A stretch of DNA of 64,000 nucleotides from Candidatus Latescibacterota bacterium (GCA_963422735.1 OY730476.1:1440001-1504000); one strand, 5' to 3'. Counted from the first letter of the stretch, positions 37,750-48,198 are shown. The notes: generated by a model not told the origin, from the letters alone. A program made the numbers and translations.

Positions 37750-40392
37750 ATGGCTGGCGCGAAATCGTTGCAGCGGCTCTGCCGCCAAACCTTGCCGCTG
37801 ATGTTGCAGCAGGCGAATGGGCAGGAGATGATGGCGGCGGTGCGGGAAGTGGTCGCTACCGATCGCTGGAACTCGTTTGACCGCTTTCGCGAGACGACCG
37901 CAACGCTGGTGCGGCACTACGAGGCCGCCGGCGCACGCGTGGAGGTCGAGTCCATCCAGACCGGAGGGCGGCTTGGGTCGGGCCGATGGATCATCCGCGA
38001 GGCCGCCGATGTCGCGGGCGCGACCGTAGATGTGGTACATCCGCTCGCCGAGCGAGTGCTGAATTGGCAGGAGAATCCCTGGCACATCATCCAGTGGAGC
38101 GCGGCGACCCCGGCGAGCGGCTCGCGGCTGCGGCTAGTGATTCTCGATCGAGTTGAAGATATCCAACGACAGCCAACCGACGGACTCAGTGGTACAATCG
38201 CGCTGACCAAGCTAGACCCGCGCGCTCACCTCGGTCTTTTGGCCGCCAAGGGGGCCGCCGCAGTCATCACCGACCGGCCGGTGCCCAACCTGCCCGGCGC
38301 AGTGGCGTGGAGCAAATTCGGGTGGGGCGCAATTCCCCTAGAACATGCTGCGGCGCGGTTGGTGGGCTTTGCGATCTCTGAGCAGCAGGGGGAGCGGCTG
38401 CGGCGGCTCGCGCAGGAGCACGGCCCCTTAACCCTGCACGTAAGAGCCGACATCCGCAAATACGTCGGCAGCCACGACGTGGTCAGCGGCGTCATTGAGG
38501 GAGCAAGCGATCCACAGGACGAAGTGTGGGCCATTGCTCACAACGCCGAGCCGGGGGCCATAGACAACGCTTCGGGCGTGGCCACCACCCTAGAGATCGC
38601 TCGCGTGATCGAAGGGCTTATCCGGGCGGGAAAAATCGCGCGCCCCAAGCGCACCATTCGCCTGCTCAACGCCTATGAGTGCTATGGTTTTTTCGCCTAT
38701 CTAGAAAAGATGCGGCGCTTGCAGACCCCTTTGGCCGGCGCGTGTATCGACACGCTCGGCTCCCAGCCCGCCGTCTGCGATGGCCGGCTGGAGTGGCACG
38801 CAACGATTCCCATGTCGGCTGGTTTCGTCGACCGGGTCGGCGCGGCTATCTTGCGGGCCGGGGTGCGGCAACACAAGCCAGGCTATCGAGTGCATCTAGA
38901 GCGATTTATGTCGACGTCTGACACCTTGATCGGCGACCCCCAATATGGATTTCCCTGCCCTTGGATCACCACGCATCACCGCAAGAGCGGGCGCGGCTTC
39001 GACGCCTACCACTCTTCGGCCGACGTGGAAGCACTGCTCAGCCCGCAGGGGCTGGAGACCTGTGCGGCCTCAATGGCGGCCTATCTATACTATTTGGCCG
39101 ACATGGGCAGCCGCGAAGTGGAGGAGCTGGTCTGCACCGAAACCCAGTACTTTCTCGCGGCATTGCAAAAGAAAAAGCGGCCCCGAGCCGAGGCCGAATA
39201 CGTGCGCGAGGCGCACAGCCGCAGCGTGCGGCGGCTCGTGCGTTGGCTCTGGGGGGGCAATCGACGCGAGATCTTGGAGGCCATGGACGATAGCGAGCGG
39301 CAAGTGGCGGCCGCAGCCGCCGAGGCCGCGCTGCCGGGCAAGCGAGTGCGGCGCACGGCTCAAGCGCGGCTGGTGCCACGGCGCACGGCCGTACTCTCAC
39401 CGACAGCCGAGAATGCGCCGGCCGCGATCAATGCGCGCATCGCGGCCGCAAAGCTACCGCCATGGGCGCTGTTTTGGGCCGACGGACGCCGGAGTTTGGG
39501 CGAAATCGCCGAGCGCATCGCCTGCGAGGAAGCGGACTATCGGACCGGGCCTCGGGCAGGAGGCACCGTCGCTGTCGCTCGAGTACACGAGTACTTCGCA
39601 GCACACGCCGAATTGGGCTACGCCGAGTTGGTCGACCCGGTCAACGCGATCGGCTGCAGGGAACTAGTGAGGGATTTGCGCCGCTTGGGGGTCGCACCGG
39701 GTATGGACCTGATGGTACACAGCTCCCTATCGGCCATCGGCTTTGTGGAGGGCGGTGCCGAGACCGTCGTCGATGCGCTCTTGCAGGCGGTCGGCAAGCG
39801 CGGAACCCTACTGGCCCCTTCGTTCAATCACCGCGCGGCCGCGGTTTTCAACCCGCTAACCACGCCCACTACCAACGGCGCGATTCCAGACGCGCTGTGG
39901 CGTCGCACCGAGGCAGAGCGCAGCATGCATCCAACCCATGCGGTGGCGGCGATTGGGCCGCGGGCCAGCGACTATTGCCGCGGCCATCTCGAAGCCGGCA
40001 TCTGGGCCGCAGACAGCCCGATCGGCAAATTGGTGCACGACGGCGGCTACATCCTCGCACTGGGCACGACGCACGACACCAGCACGGCTTATCACGTGGC
40101 CGAGCTGTCCGTACCCTGCGGCTGCATCGCATCTTTTGCCCTCAAGGACCAGGTCGTGCGCGAAAATGGGACTGTGGACGAGGTCTTGGGGCTGGCCTTT
40201 CGCAGCGGCCCCTGCCCAGTCCCCACCCACAAGCTGGACTCAACGCTCGACCGGAGAAAGTTGCAGCGGCGGGGCAAGGTCGGGCAGGCCGAATGCGAAT
40301 TGGTGAAGGCCCACGACCTGTGGCGGGTGCGGCGCGAACACCTGCGGCACGTCTGTCCCACCTGCACCGTTAAGCCCCAAGCCACGCGGTGA
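37750..40392 (+). CDS. Fusion of M28/DUF4910-like peptidase and AAC(3)-family N-acetyltransferase
   Basis: AHNAEPGAIDNASG, YECYG, YHSSAD, wHTH WADGRRSLGEI; C-terminal MVHSSLSAIGFVEGGAETVVDAL, GAIPDALWR, SMHPTHAVAAIG, STAYHVAE. Confidence 0.85.
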   Translation: MAGAKSLQRLCRQTLPLMLQQANGQEMMAAVREVVATDRWNSFDRFRETTATLVRHYEAAGARVEVESIQTGGRLGSGRWIIREAADVAGATVDVVHPLAERVLNWQENPWHIIQWSAATPASGSRLRLVILDRVEDIQRQPTDGLSGTIALTKLDPRAHLGLLAAKGAAAVITDRPVPNLPGAVAWSKFGWGAIPLEHAAARLVGFAISEQQGERLRRLAQEHGPLTLHVRADIRKYVGSHDVVSGVIEGASDPQDEVWAIAHNAEPGAIDNASGVATTLEIARVIEGLIRAGKIARPKRTIRLLNAYECYGFFAYLEKMRRLQTPLAGACIDTLGSQPAVCDGRLEWHATIPMSAGFVDRVGAAILRAGVRQHKPGYRVHLERFMSTSDTLIGDPQYGFPCPWITTHHRKSGRGFDAYHSSADVEALLSPQGLETCAASMAAYLYYLADMGSREVEELVCTETQYFLAALQKKKRPRAEAEYVREAHSRSVRRLVRWLWGGNRREILEAMDDSERQVAAAAAEAALPGKRVRRTAQARLVPRRTAVLSPTAENAPAAINARIAAAKLPPWALFWADGRRSLGEIAERIACEEADYRTGPRAGGTVAVARVHEYFAAHAELGYAELVDPVNAIGCRELVRDLRRLGVAPGMDLMVHSSLSAIGFVEGGAETVVDALLQAVGKRGTLLAPSFNHRAAAVFNPLTTPTTNGAIPDALWRRTEAERSMHPTHAVAAIGPRASDYCRGHLEAGIWAADSPIGKLVHDGGYILALGTTHDTSTAYHVAELSVPCGCIASFALKDQVVRENGTVDEVLGLAFRSGPCPVPTHKLDSTLDRRKLQRRGKVGQAECELVKAHDLWRVRREHLRHVCPTCTVKPQATR

Positions 40393-42554
40393 ATAGATCG
40401 CTCCCCTCTCCGTACGGCCGGCACCTCCAAGGCAGCCAAAACGACGGACTCACTGATGCCGCAGGCCGCTCTCATCTGACGCTGCGCGGCTTTTGGGTCG
40501 GCGCGTTCCTCAGCTTCTTCCTGTCCATTGGCGCACCCTATGCCAACATGGCTATGCGGGCGACCAACATGGCCTTCGACTTCAATACCCCAGGGGCCAT
40601 CTTTCTGTTTCTGGTGCTGGTCGGCTTGCTCAATACGCTCTTCAAGCTCACCGCCCGCGACTTCCGCCTAGCAGTAGGGCTAGCCCTACTGGCCACGGGC
40701 GGCTTTTGCAGCTATTGGGCCAACCGCGGCGCGGTTGATTGGTACTCGCCTGGTTTTTGGTTTGGGGCCTTCCTTGCTCTATCTTCGCTGTGGAACGTGC
40801 CCGTGGTGCAGCGCGGAGGTACCCTCGCGCTCAACCGCGCCGAACTGGTACTGGTGTACGTGATGCTGCTGGTTGTCTCCGCCCTCTGCACCATGGGGCT
40901 AACACAGCAGCTTTTGCCGACTCTCACCGGCATTTTCTACTACGCCTCCCCAGCCAATCAATGGGCCGAAAAGCTCTTTCCGCTCTTTCCCTCGCAGCGC
41001 ATCCTCGTCGATGACGGCGCGGGCAACCGCGGCTTTTACGAGGGTGGTGCGCTCGCCAACGTTCCCTACGCCACTTGGGTTGAACCGCTGTGCTGGTGGG
41101 CACTGCTACTCCTCTCGCTGTACGTGGCGATGGTATCGACGGCCGTGATCTTGCGCCGACAGTGGGTCGAGCGCGAGCGACTGGCCTATCCGCTGACCCA
41201 GCTCGGAGTGGCCATCGTGCAAGGCGAGCGCGGCACCGGGCTGGTCAATGGTTTTCTCAAGCACCGGGCCTTGTGGTGGGGTGCAGCCGTGCCGCTCGCG
41301 TATGGCAGCCTCAAGGCCCTACACCAATACGACCCGTCCTTGCCCAGCTTCGGCCTGATTTGGTGGATACCGTCTTTTATCGGCCAGCAAAGTCTGCAAA
41401 TCTGGATCAGCTTCGCGCTTGTTGGATTTTCTTATCTCATCAGCACTCAAATAGCGGCCGGCATCTGGATTTTCTATCTGCTCTCCAAGGTCGAAGCCGA
41501 GTTCCTCGCCCTATCCGGCCTCAAATCCAACAGCAAATTCGTCTATGGGATCGCGCATGAGCCGCTTTTGGCCTATCAAGGCGGCGGCGCGCTCATCGCC
41601 ATGGTGCTCCTCGGATTGTGGACGGGGCGCGGCCACTTGCGGGACGTATGGCGCAAGGCCCTCAGCCGCAATGCGGACATAGACGATGGCGACGAAATCA
41701 TGTCCTACCGGGCGGCCGTGATCGGGGTGGTCTTCGGCACCGGGGGCATCGTGGGCTGGCTGTGGCTGATGGGCACCCCGCTTTGGGTCGGCGCACTCTT
41801 TGTGGCGGTGGCTTTGTTGGTGTTTATCGGTATCACACGGGTCGTGTGCGAAGCCGGCCTAGCGGCCGTACGCTCGCCCATGATCGCCCCGGATCTCATC
41901 GTGCAGGGCATCGGCTCGCAGGCGATCGGTGCCAGCGGCGTCTTCAACCTTTCCTTTGCCTATATCTGGTCAGCCGACATCCGCATCTTTCTGCTGGCCA
42001 TGGTCGCCAATGGCTTGAAGTTGATCCAAAACATGGATCGCTGCAGTCGGCGCGTCGTCTTCTGGTCGGCGGTGGCAGCCATCTTCATCGGCGTGACGGG
42101 CTCCTGCTGGATGGTCTTCCACCTCGCCTATAAATACGGGGGTATCAACCTCGACGGCTGGCGCTTTCACGGCGGCCCATCAACCATCTACAACGCTGCG
42201 CAGCGTGCATTAGAGCCAGCCGGGGCCGACTGGTTGGGGTTGGCCTTCTTCGCCGGCGGGGCCGTGGTCATGGTCCTGCTTACTTGGGCACGGCAGCACC
42301 TGCTGTGGTGGCCCTTCCATCCAATCGGCTTCCCGATTGGCGCGAACTTCATGCTCGACAAAATCTGGTTTTGCGTACTCTTAGCTTGGGCACTCAAGAA
42401 GCTGATCTTGCGTTTTGGCGGGGCGGCGCACTATCGGAAGAGCCAACACTTCTTTATGGGCTTGATCATGGGCGAGGCCCTGTGCAACGGGCTGTGGCTA
42501 GTCATCGACTACTTCACCGGCAAGGTCGGCAACGCCGTATTCATTCTGGGATGA
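40389..42554 (+). CDS. Large polytopic membrane protein (DUF6785-like, putative transporter)
   Basis: Many TM helices; ILRRQWVERERLAYPL, TRVVCEAG, WWPFHPIGF, KKLILRFGG. Confidence 0.75.
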   Translation: MNRSLPSPYGRHLQGSQNDGLTDAAGRSHLTLRGFWVGAFLSFFLSIGAPYANMAMRATNMAFDFNTPGAIFLFLVLVGLLNTLFKLTARDFRLAVGLALLATGGFCSYWANRGAVDWYSPGFWFGAFLALSSLWNVPVVQRGGTLALNRAELVLVYVMLLVVSALCTMGLTQQLLPTLTGIFYYASPANQWAEKLFPLFPSQRILVDDGAGNRGFYEGGALANVPYATWVEPLCWWALLLLSLYVAMVSTAVILRRQWVERERLAYPLTQLGVAIVQGERGTGLVNGFLKHRALWWGAAVPLAYGSLKALHQYDPSLPSFGLIWWIPSFIGQQSLQIWISFALVGFSYLISTQIAAGIWIFYLLSKVEAEFLALSGLKSNSKFVYGIAHEPLLAYQGGGALIAMVLLGLWTGRGHLRDVWRKALSRNADIDDGDEIMSYRAAVIGVVFGTGGIVGWLWLMGTPLWVGALFVAVALLVFIGITRVVCEAGLAAVRSPMIAPDLIVQGIGSQAIGASGVFNLSFAYIWSADIRIFLLAMVANGLKLIQNMDRCSRRVVFWSAVAAIFIGVTGSCWMVFHLAYKYGGINLDGWRFHGGPSTIYNAAQRALEPAGADWLGLAFFAGGAVVMVLLTWARQHLLWWPFHPIGFPIGANFMLDKIWFCVLLAWALKKLILRFGGAAHYRKSQHFFMGLIMGEALCNGLWLVIDYFTGKVGNAVFILG

Positions 42555-42565
42555 TCCTATATTCC

Positions 42566-42594
42566 TTGACATTGCGGGAGGGCGGGCCTATCTC
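42566..42594 (+). promoter_or_regulatory. Sigma70-like promoter (probably leaderless transcript)
   Basis: TTGACA-17-TATCTC, 9 nt before ATG 42604; no RBS. Confidence 0.55.
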
Positions 42595-42603
42595 TTTTGC
42601 CCT

Positions 42604-43893
42604 ATGAACCGACTCGTCTTTTGCCTCGCCGCCGCGCTCATCGCCTGCGTCGGCCCCTTCGCCGGTAAGAAGGTTCCACCCTATCTTGCGGCTCCCCCCG
42701 TGCTCAAAGCGACCTTTTCCAGCGAGGAGGCTGCCGCGCATCTGGTCTGGCACCCGGTATCTTCAGCAGGCTTTCTCTACGGCGAAATTCAACGCGCCGC
42801 CGGGGGCGAGTTCGCGGCCATAGCGCACGTGGAATCTGCAGCCGACACCACCTTTACAGACGCCGGCCTATTGGCCAACACGCATTACAGCTACCGGGTC
42901 GTCAGCTTCTTCGGCGAGGACGAGAACGTACACAAGCTGGCCAGCACGACGGCCGCAGGCGGATTCCATCGCCGCGTCGCAAGTTGGGCACTGGCCGAGG
43001 GCACAGCCCCCATGCGGCTGGCCATCAGCCGCGATGGCACGGTTTTTGTCGTCGGCGCGGGCAAAGGACGCGTCGAGCGCTTCGACCGCGCGGGCCACGC
43101 CTTGGACGCATGGGTCTATACCACTGAGCCACTGGCTTGTATGGAAACGAGTGCGCTGGACGGGCCGGCGTTGGCCCTCGACGACGACGATCACCTCTAC
43201 GTAGTGTACAACCTGCACCGCCCGAGCCAGAAGCCAGAGGCATTTTGGGCGAAATTCGCCCCGGATGGTCGGCTGCTGTGGACGCGCCCACTAGCCGGGC
43301 TGTTCGCCCGCCACATCGTCATCGACGGCGATGCCATCTACATCGAGAGCATCAGCCAATTGCAGCTATTCGACCAAGCCGGAGAGCAGCAAGTCCAGTA
43401 CGCCATCCCGGCCCTGCTGGTGGCTAGTCTGCGGCTTTGGCAAGGGCGTTTCGCCGCGCTGATCGAGTCATTGGCCCTGCGCACTGGCGACTGGCAGGCA
43501 CCTCGGCTAGTCGTGTACGACGACCCACAGCGCGCCTCAGCCAGCCGCGTCATTGGCCGCGATCCCAAATCGCATCAGGACCGCGGCAACGGGCTTTTGC
43601 TGCGGCCCACCGACTTTGCCGTCGATGAAGCCACCGACCGGGCTTTCGTGGTCAATGCCGGCCATAGCCGCATCGAGGTGTTCCAGCGGGGGCGCTACTT
43701 GACGCGCTGGGGCGAGGAGGGCGAGGAGGACGATCAGTTCCGCTTCACAGGCCGCATCCAAATCGTCGTCGATATGGCCACTGGTGAAGAAAGCGAGCGC
43801 GAGGTAGTGGCCGGCGGCATCGCCCGCGACGCCGAGGGATTTATTTACGTGGCCGATACGTTCAACGATCGGATTCAGAAGTTCCAACCATGA
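42604..43893 (+). CDS. Exported FN3 + NHL-repeat protein
   Basis: N-terminal signal; TTFTDAGLLANTHYSYRV (FN3); RPTDFAVD, IYVADTFNDRIQKF (NHL). Confidence 0.8.
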   Translation: MNRLVFCLAAALIACVGPFAGKKVPPYLAAPPVLKATFSSEEAAAHLVWHPVSSAGFLYGEIQRAAGGEFAAIAHVESAADTTFTDAGLLANTHYSYRVVSFFGEDENVHKLASTTAAGGFHRRVASWALAEGTAPMRLAISRDGTVFVVGAGKGRVERFDRAGHALDAWVYTTEPLACMETSALDGPALALDDDDHLYVVYNLHRPSQKPEAFWAKFAPDGRLLWTRPLAGLFARHIVIDGDAIYIESISQLQLFDQAGEQQVQYAIPALLVASLRLWQGRFAALIESLALRTGDWQAPRLVVYDDPQRASASRVIGRDPKSHQDRGNGLLLRPTDFAVDEATDRAFVVNAGHSRIEVFQRGRYLTRWGEEGEEDDQFRFTGRIQIVVDMATGEESEREVVAGGIARDAEGFIYVADTFNDRIQKFQP

Positions 43894-44825
43894 AGGCCGC
43901 ACTCGCGTTTCTATTGCTGGCCTTGCTGTGCAGCGAGGGCCAAGCCCAGCGCCAAAACAAGCGGGGGTACAATCTCTGGGCTAAAGAGAAGATCCGCTAT
44001 CTCAACGCCAAGGTCACCATCGAACCCTACAATCCGCAACTGCGCGTCCTCCTCGCCAACGCTTGCTTTGAAGATGGACAAAAGTACGAGGCCAAAAAGC
44101 TGCTGCGCGAGGCATTGCAGCTCGACCCCAACTACGCCGAGGCGCACTGCAACCTCGCGGTCATGCTCCACGGCGAGGGATACGACCGCGAGGCCAAGCA
44201 CCACTACGAGGAAGCCCTGCGGCTGGATTCGCTGATGGTCGAAGCCATAGCCGGGCTGGGGACCTTGCTCTGCCGCACCGAGCGCCAAGCCGAGGGTCTC
44301 GAATACCTCGAAAAGGTCGTCGCGATCCAGCCCGATCACGTCAGCGCCCGCTTTAACATGGCCGTGGCCTATCACAAGGTTGGCGACTTCAAAAAGTCCA
44401 TCGAACACCTAGAGACCTTGTTGCAGGTCGATTTCAAATATCGCGGTGCGCGCCGTGCGCTGGCCCGCGCTTACTACAGCCTCGGGCTGTTGCGCCTGCA
44501 AGCCCAACGGCCCGAGTTGGCACTCGCCGTGCTGGCCAAGGCCGTCGAATACGAGCAAGACAACGAAAGCATGTTCTTCGCCAAGGGCCTTGCCCACCTC
44601 GACAGCGGCGATCTCGTCGGGGCCGAAGCGGCCTTTAAGCAGGCCATTGCACTGTCTGGCGATCACATTCCAGCTCTGCACAACCTCGGCGTGATCTGCG
44701 AAAAGACCGAGCGATATGCGGAAGCCGTCCAATACTACGGCAAGGTCCAGCAGCTAGCCCCACATCTAGCGACGATCGAAGCAGTCAAACACGCCTCGTA
44801 CAACGTGAATTACTTGATCGAATGA
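43890..44825 (+). CDS. Exported tetratricopeptide repeat protein
   Basis: ALQLDPNYAEAHCNLA, ALHNLGVI and other TPR units. Confidence 0.88.
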   Translation: MKAALAFLLLALLCSEGQAQRQNKRGYNLWAKEKIRYLNAKVTIEPYNPQLRVLLANACFEDGQKYEAKKLLREALQLDPNYAEAHCNLAVMLHGEGYDREAKHHYEEALRLDSLMVEAIAGLGTLLCRTERQAEGLEYLEKVVAIQPDHVSARFNMAVAYHKVGDFKKSIEHLETLLQVDFKYRGARRALARAYYSLGLLRLQAQRPELALAVLAKAVEYEQDNESMFFAKGLAHLDSGDLVGAEAAFKQAIALSGDHIPALHNLGVICEKTERYAEAVQYYGKVQQLAPHLATIEAVKHASYNVNYLIE

Positions 44826-44827
44826 GT

Positions 44828-44856
44828 TTGACTTTTGCTCGGCTAACACGTACACT
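44828..44856 (+). promoter_or_regulatory. Sigma70 promoter of infA
   Basis: TTGACT-17-TACACT. Confidence 0.75.
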
Positions 44857-44938
44857 CTGTATTTTTTGCAAGCCGCTTTAGCGGCTGTTTTTCCATGGCG
44901 CGGAAAACGCCGCCCCCCATCTCCTTAAGGCGAAAGCA

Positions 44939-45157
44939 ATGGCCAAAGAGGAAGCAATCGAAGTCCAAGCAGTGGTCAAAGAGGCCCTGCCCAACGGCTA
45001 CTTCAAGTGCGAGATGGAAAATAGCCACGAGATTATGGCCCATGTCTCCGGCAAGATGCGCAAGTACTACATTCGCGTGCTTCCGGGCGACCAAGTCACC
45101 GTGGCCCTTTCGCCCTATGATTTGAGCCGCGGACGCATCACTTTCCGCAACCGCTGA
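44939..45157 (+). CDS. infA: Translation initiation factor IF-1
   Basis: MAKEEAIEV...[31 protein letters not shown]. Confidence 0.98.
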   Translation: MAKEEAIEVQAVVKEALPNGYFKCEMENSHEIMAHVSGKMRKYYIRVLPGDQVTVALSPYDLSRGRITFRNR

Positions 45158-45203
45158 GACGCTGCAAGGCCGTCTCGATGAGCCTCACACCTGATCAAGT
45201 CAC

Positions 45204-46778
45204 ATGGAGAGGAACCAGACTAGTACGCATCGGGCTTGGCCCTTCCAAGAGGCGGCACAGATCGTCGAGCAGCGCCGGCCTAGCGGGGCTAGTCCGGTGC
45301 TATTCGAGACTGGCTTTGGCCCCAGCGGCTTTCCTCATCTAGGGCACTTTTCAGAAGGCGTCCGCACCTCCTGGGTGCGCAACGCCTGTGAGTACCTCTA
45401 CGGATTAAAGACCCGCTTACTCTGCTTCAGCGACGACATGGATGGCCTGCGCAAGGTGCCCAGCAACTTGCCGCAGCCCGACATGCTCGCCGCCCACCTC
45501 GGCAAACCCCTACACGCTGTCCCAGATCCCTTTGGTTGCTGTGCGAGTTTCAGCGACCACATGAACGCCAAGCTGTGCGAGTTTTTCAACGCGTCCGGCT
45601 TCGACTACGAGTTCCGAAGCTCGCGTGATGTCTACGTGCGCGGCGACTTCGACGAAGGGCTTTCGATTCTCCTAGACAAAGCCGAGGAAGTTCGCCAGAC
45701 CATCGTGCCCACGCTGCGGGAACAAAATCGCCAGCACTGGTCGCCCTTCTTCCCAATTTGTCCCAACTGTGGCTCGATCATGGCCACGCGAGTCACCGCT
45801 TACCACCCCAGCCGGGGCAGCGTGAGTTTCACCTGCGACCTCGATACCGGCCACTACACCGGGTGTGGCGAGAGCGGCGAGCAGTCGGTGCTCGGCGGCA
45901 ACGCCAAGGTGGGCTGGAAAGTCGATTGGGCACTGCGCTGGTACGCCTATGAGGTTGATTATGAAATGTACGGCAAAGACCTCATCGACTCGGTGCGCCA
46001 GTCCTCCCGCATTGTGCGCCTGATGGGCAAGCAGCCGCCAGTCGGCTTGTGCTACGAGTTTTTTCTCGACGAGGAAGGGCGAGGGTTGGCGAGTAGTGCC
46101 GGCCGCATGGGGGTGACGGTGGATGCGTGGAAGAAGTACGCGCCTATAGAATCCCTGCTTTTCTTTTTGTTCCAAAATCCCAAGCGGGCCAAGCGGCTGC
46201 ACTGGGATATCGTCCCCAAGTGCGTTGACGACTATCTCGATGCACTGCGGCTCTATCCCGATGTGGTAGAGGAAAAGCAGCCCGAGCAAGCTGTCTGGCA
46301 TATCGGCGACCGCGGCGCAGTCGTACCCGAGTACGCGTCCCGGGTCAACTTCTCGACGGTCAACAATCTGATCTCGGCCTTGGGAGTGGATTCGGTCGAA
46401 GTGTTGGGCGACTATCTGGCGCGCTACGACGCGCAGGCTTCTACCTATCCGCAGGTAACGCAGGCACTGGTGGAGAAGGGGTTTAACTACTACCGAGATG
46501 TGGTGTTGCCGAACAAGCACTTTCGTCCGCCCTCGGACGAGGAGCGGGCGCTCCTAGGGCAGTTGGCCGAGCGGCTGAGCGCGATCAACGGGGCCACGGA
46601 GGAGGAATTGCAGGCCATTCCGTTCGATTTGGCCCGCGAGGTCGGAGTCCCCCCCAAGTCGCTGTTTCGGATGTTTTACGAAGTGGTGCTGGGGCAGGAG
46701 CAAGGGCCGCGGTTTGGGTCGCTTGTGCAGCTAGTAGGGCGGGAGCAGGTAGTGAAGATGGTGCGGGAGAAAGCGTAG
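45204..46778 (+). CDS. lysS: Class I lysyl-tRNA synthetase (KMSKS-equivalent motif degenerate)
   Basis: AWPFQEA, FETGFGPSGFPHLG, SDDMDGLRKVP, KVGWKVDWALRW, DYEMYGKDL, GQEQGPRFG. Confidence 0.9.
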   Translation: MERNQTSTHRAWPFQEAAQIVEQRRPSGASPVLFETGFGPSGFPHLGHFSEGVRTSWVRNACEYLYGLKTRLLCFSDDMDGLRKVPSNLPQPDMLAAHLGKPLHAVPDPFGCCASFSDHMNAKLCEFFNASGFDYEFRSSRDVYVRGDFDEGLSILLDKAEEVRQTIVPTLREQNRQHWSPFFPICPNCGSIMATRVTAYHPSRGSVSFTCDLDTGHYTGCGESGEQSVLGGNAKVGWKVDWALRWYAYEVDYEMYGKDLIDSVRQSSRIVRLMGKQPPVGLCYEFFLDEEGRGLASSAGRMGVTVDAWKKYAPIESLLFFLFQNPKRAKRLHWDIVPKCVDDYLDALRLYPDVVEEKQPEQAVWHIGDRGAVVPEYASRVNFSTVNNLISALGVDSVEVLGDYLARYDAQASTYPQVTQALVEKGFNYYRDVVLPNKHFRPPSDEERALLGQLAERLSAINGATEEELQAIPFDLAREVGVPPKSLFRMFYEVVLGQEQGPRFGSLVQLVGREQVVKMVREKA

Positions 46779-46806
46779 CGCAGACAGGAACATTCGCCGG
46801 AATTGC

Positions 46807-46838
46807 GAGGGTGCGGTAGGTACCGCGCCCTCTTTTTT
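46807..46838 (+). terminator. Rho-independent terminator after lysS
   Basis: GAGGGTGCGGTA...TACCGCGCCCTC-TTTTTT. Confidence 0.75.
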
Positions 46839-46850
46839 GTGGAGCGAACC

Positions 46851-47780
46851 GTGGGAGATCAACAGGACCTTTTTTTCGAAATCATGCCGCCGGCCAAGCC
46901 TCGGCACGTCGAACGGATGCAGCAGGTGCAAGAGGAGTTGCCCGCGCGGCTTTTTTTGGGGACGACGAGTTGGTCGAATGAGGATTGGGAAGGGCTGATC
47001 TATCCAGAGGGCTGCGCCGCGGCCGATTACATAGAGCACTATGCAAAGGTCTTCAGGAGTGTGGAGATTGACTCGACTTGGTATCGGGTGCCGACGCCAA
47101 AGGCGATCGAAGGATGGCTGCGGCGGACGCCTCCGCACTTTCGCTTTACCGCCAAAATCCCCCGAGTGATCAGTCACGAGAAAATGCTCATTGACTGCAT
47201 GGAGGAGATGGAGGCCTTCCTCGACGCGATGGCCCCGTTGGGCGAGCGGTTGGGGCCGCTGCTGATGCAGTTTCCATACATTGCGCGGGGACAGGACGCC
47301 CACGAAAACGAGTACGGCAGCGCGTTCACTAAGCGCCTAGCGGCATTTTTACCGCAGCTGCCTACGGGCGAGTTCCACTTTGCAGTGGAGGTGCGCAACG
47401 GGAGCTGGTTGCGGGCGGAACTGTTGGACTTGCTGCGCGAACACGGAGTGGCACTGGTGCTGAACAACTACTATACCATGCCGAGCCTAGAGGAGACTCT
47501 CAAGCGGGTCAATCCATTAACGGCCGACTTCCTCTACGTGCGCTTTTTGGGAGATCGCAAAAAGATGGACGCCTATGTCGAGGAGCGAATTCACCGAGGC
47601 GAACAGGAGCGGCATTGGGACCGCCTCGTCTGGGACCGCGCCGCCGAGACCCAGCACTGGGCACAACAGGTGCGGGAGCTGGCGGAGGCTGTGCCGGAGC
47701 GGGATGTGTACGTGTTTTTTAACAATCACTACGCCGGGTACGCGCCCGGTTCACTCGGCATTTTTGCTCAGGCGTGGTAA
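46851..47780 (+). CDS. DUF72 (YecE) family protein
   Basis: LGTTSWS, VEIDSTWY, FRFTAKIP, LGPLLMQFP, AVEVR, YVRFLG, FFNNHYAGYAP. Confidence 0.92.
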   Translation: MGDQQDLFFEIMPPAKPRHVERMQQVQEELPARLFLGTTSWSNEDWEGLIYPEGCAAADYIEHYAKVFRSVEIDSTWYRVPTPKAIEGWLRRTPPHFRFTAKIPRVISHEKMLIDCMEEMEAFLDAMAPLGERLGPLLMQFPYIARGQDAHENEYGSAFTKRLAAFLPQLPTGEFHFAVEVRNGSWLRAELLDLLREHGVALVLNNYYTMPSLEETLKRVNPLTADFLYVRFLGDRKKMDAYVEERIHRGEQERHWDRLVWDRAAETQHWAQQVRELAEAVPERDVYVFFNNHYAGYAPGSLGIFAQAW

Positions 47781-47891
47781 GGAGTGACATTGGACGGTTT
47801 GATTGCCCCACACGAATAAATCATACTGCTTGAAGCTTGTGTCTGAAGGAGGAGGAGGAACTCGAACCAATCAACGCAAAAGAGGATAGAT

Positions 47892-48110
47892 ATGCGTTAC
47901 GTTTGCTGTGCCGTATTACTCTTTTTTGTTCTGTCCTGTCAAGCGACGAAGGCAGGAATACGAGGGGACGAGAGGGGAATCGCACCAGCTTCTCAGGGAA
48001 ACTACGACTTGAATGCCCTTGAGTCATAGTCAAGCCTGAAAAGATCGAAGTGGGTGACACGGTGACCCTCGAGGCGTTCTTCGACAACAATGGGAAGAGA
48101 AAATTTATTG
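47892..48110 (+). pseudogene. Possible decayed lipoprotein gene
   Basis: MRYVCCAVLLFFVLSC lipobox-like start; frameshifted VIVKPEKIEVGDTVTLEAFFDNNG (CARDB-like). Confidence 0.3.
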
Positions 48111-48198
48111 ATTGCGAACCGGGTCCTCGAATCCTGTCAAGGCTTACCAAGCGACAACTTCGACCTTCGCCTCGAAAAGTCGCTCCAGCGACAATTTG

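Noticed and set aside
39640-40392. Bona fide aminoglycoside resistance gene aac(3)
   Set aside because: It is a domain of a larger fusion with no mobile context; family membership does not establish resistance.
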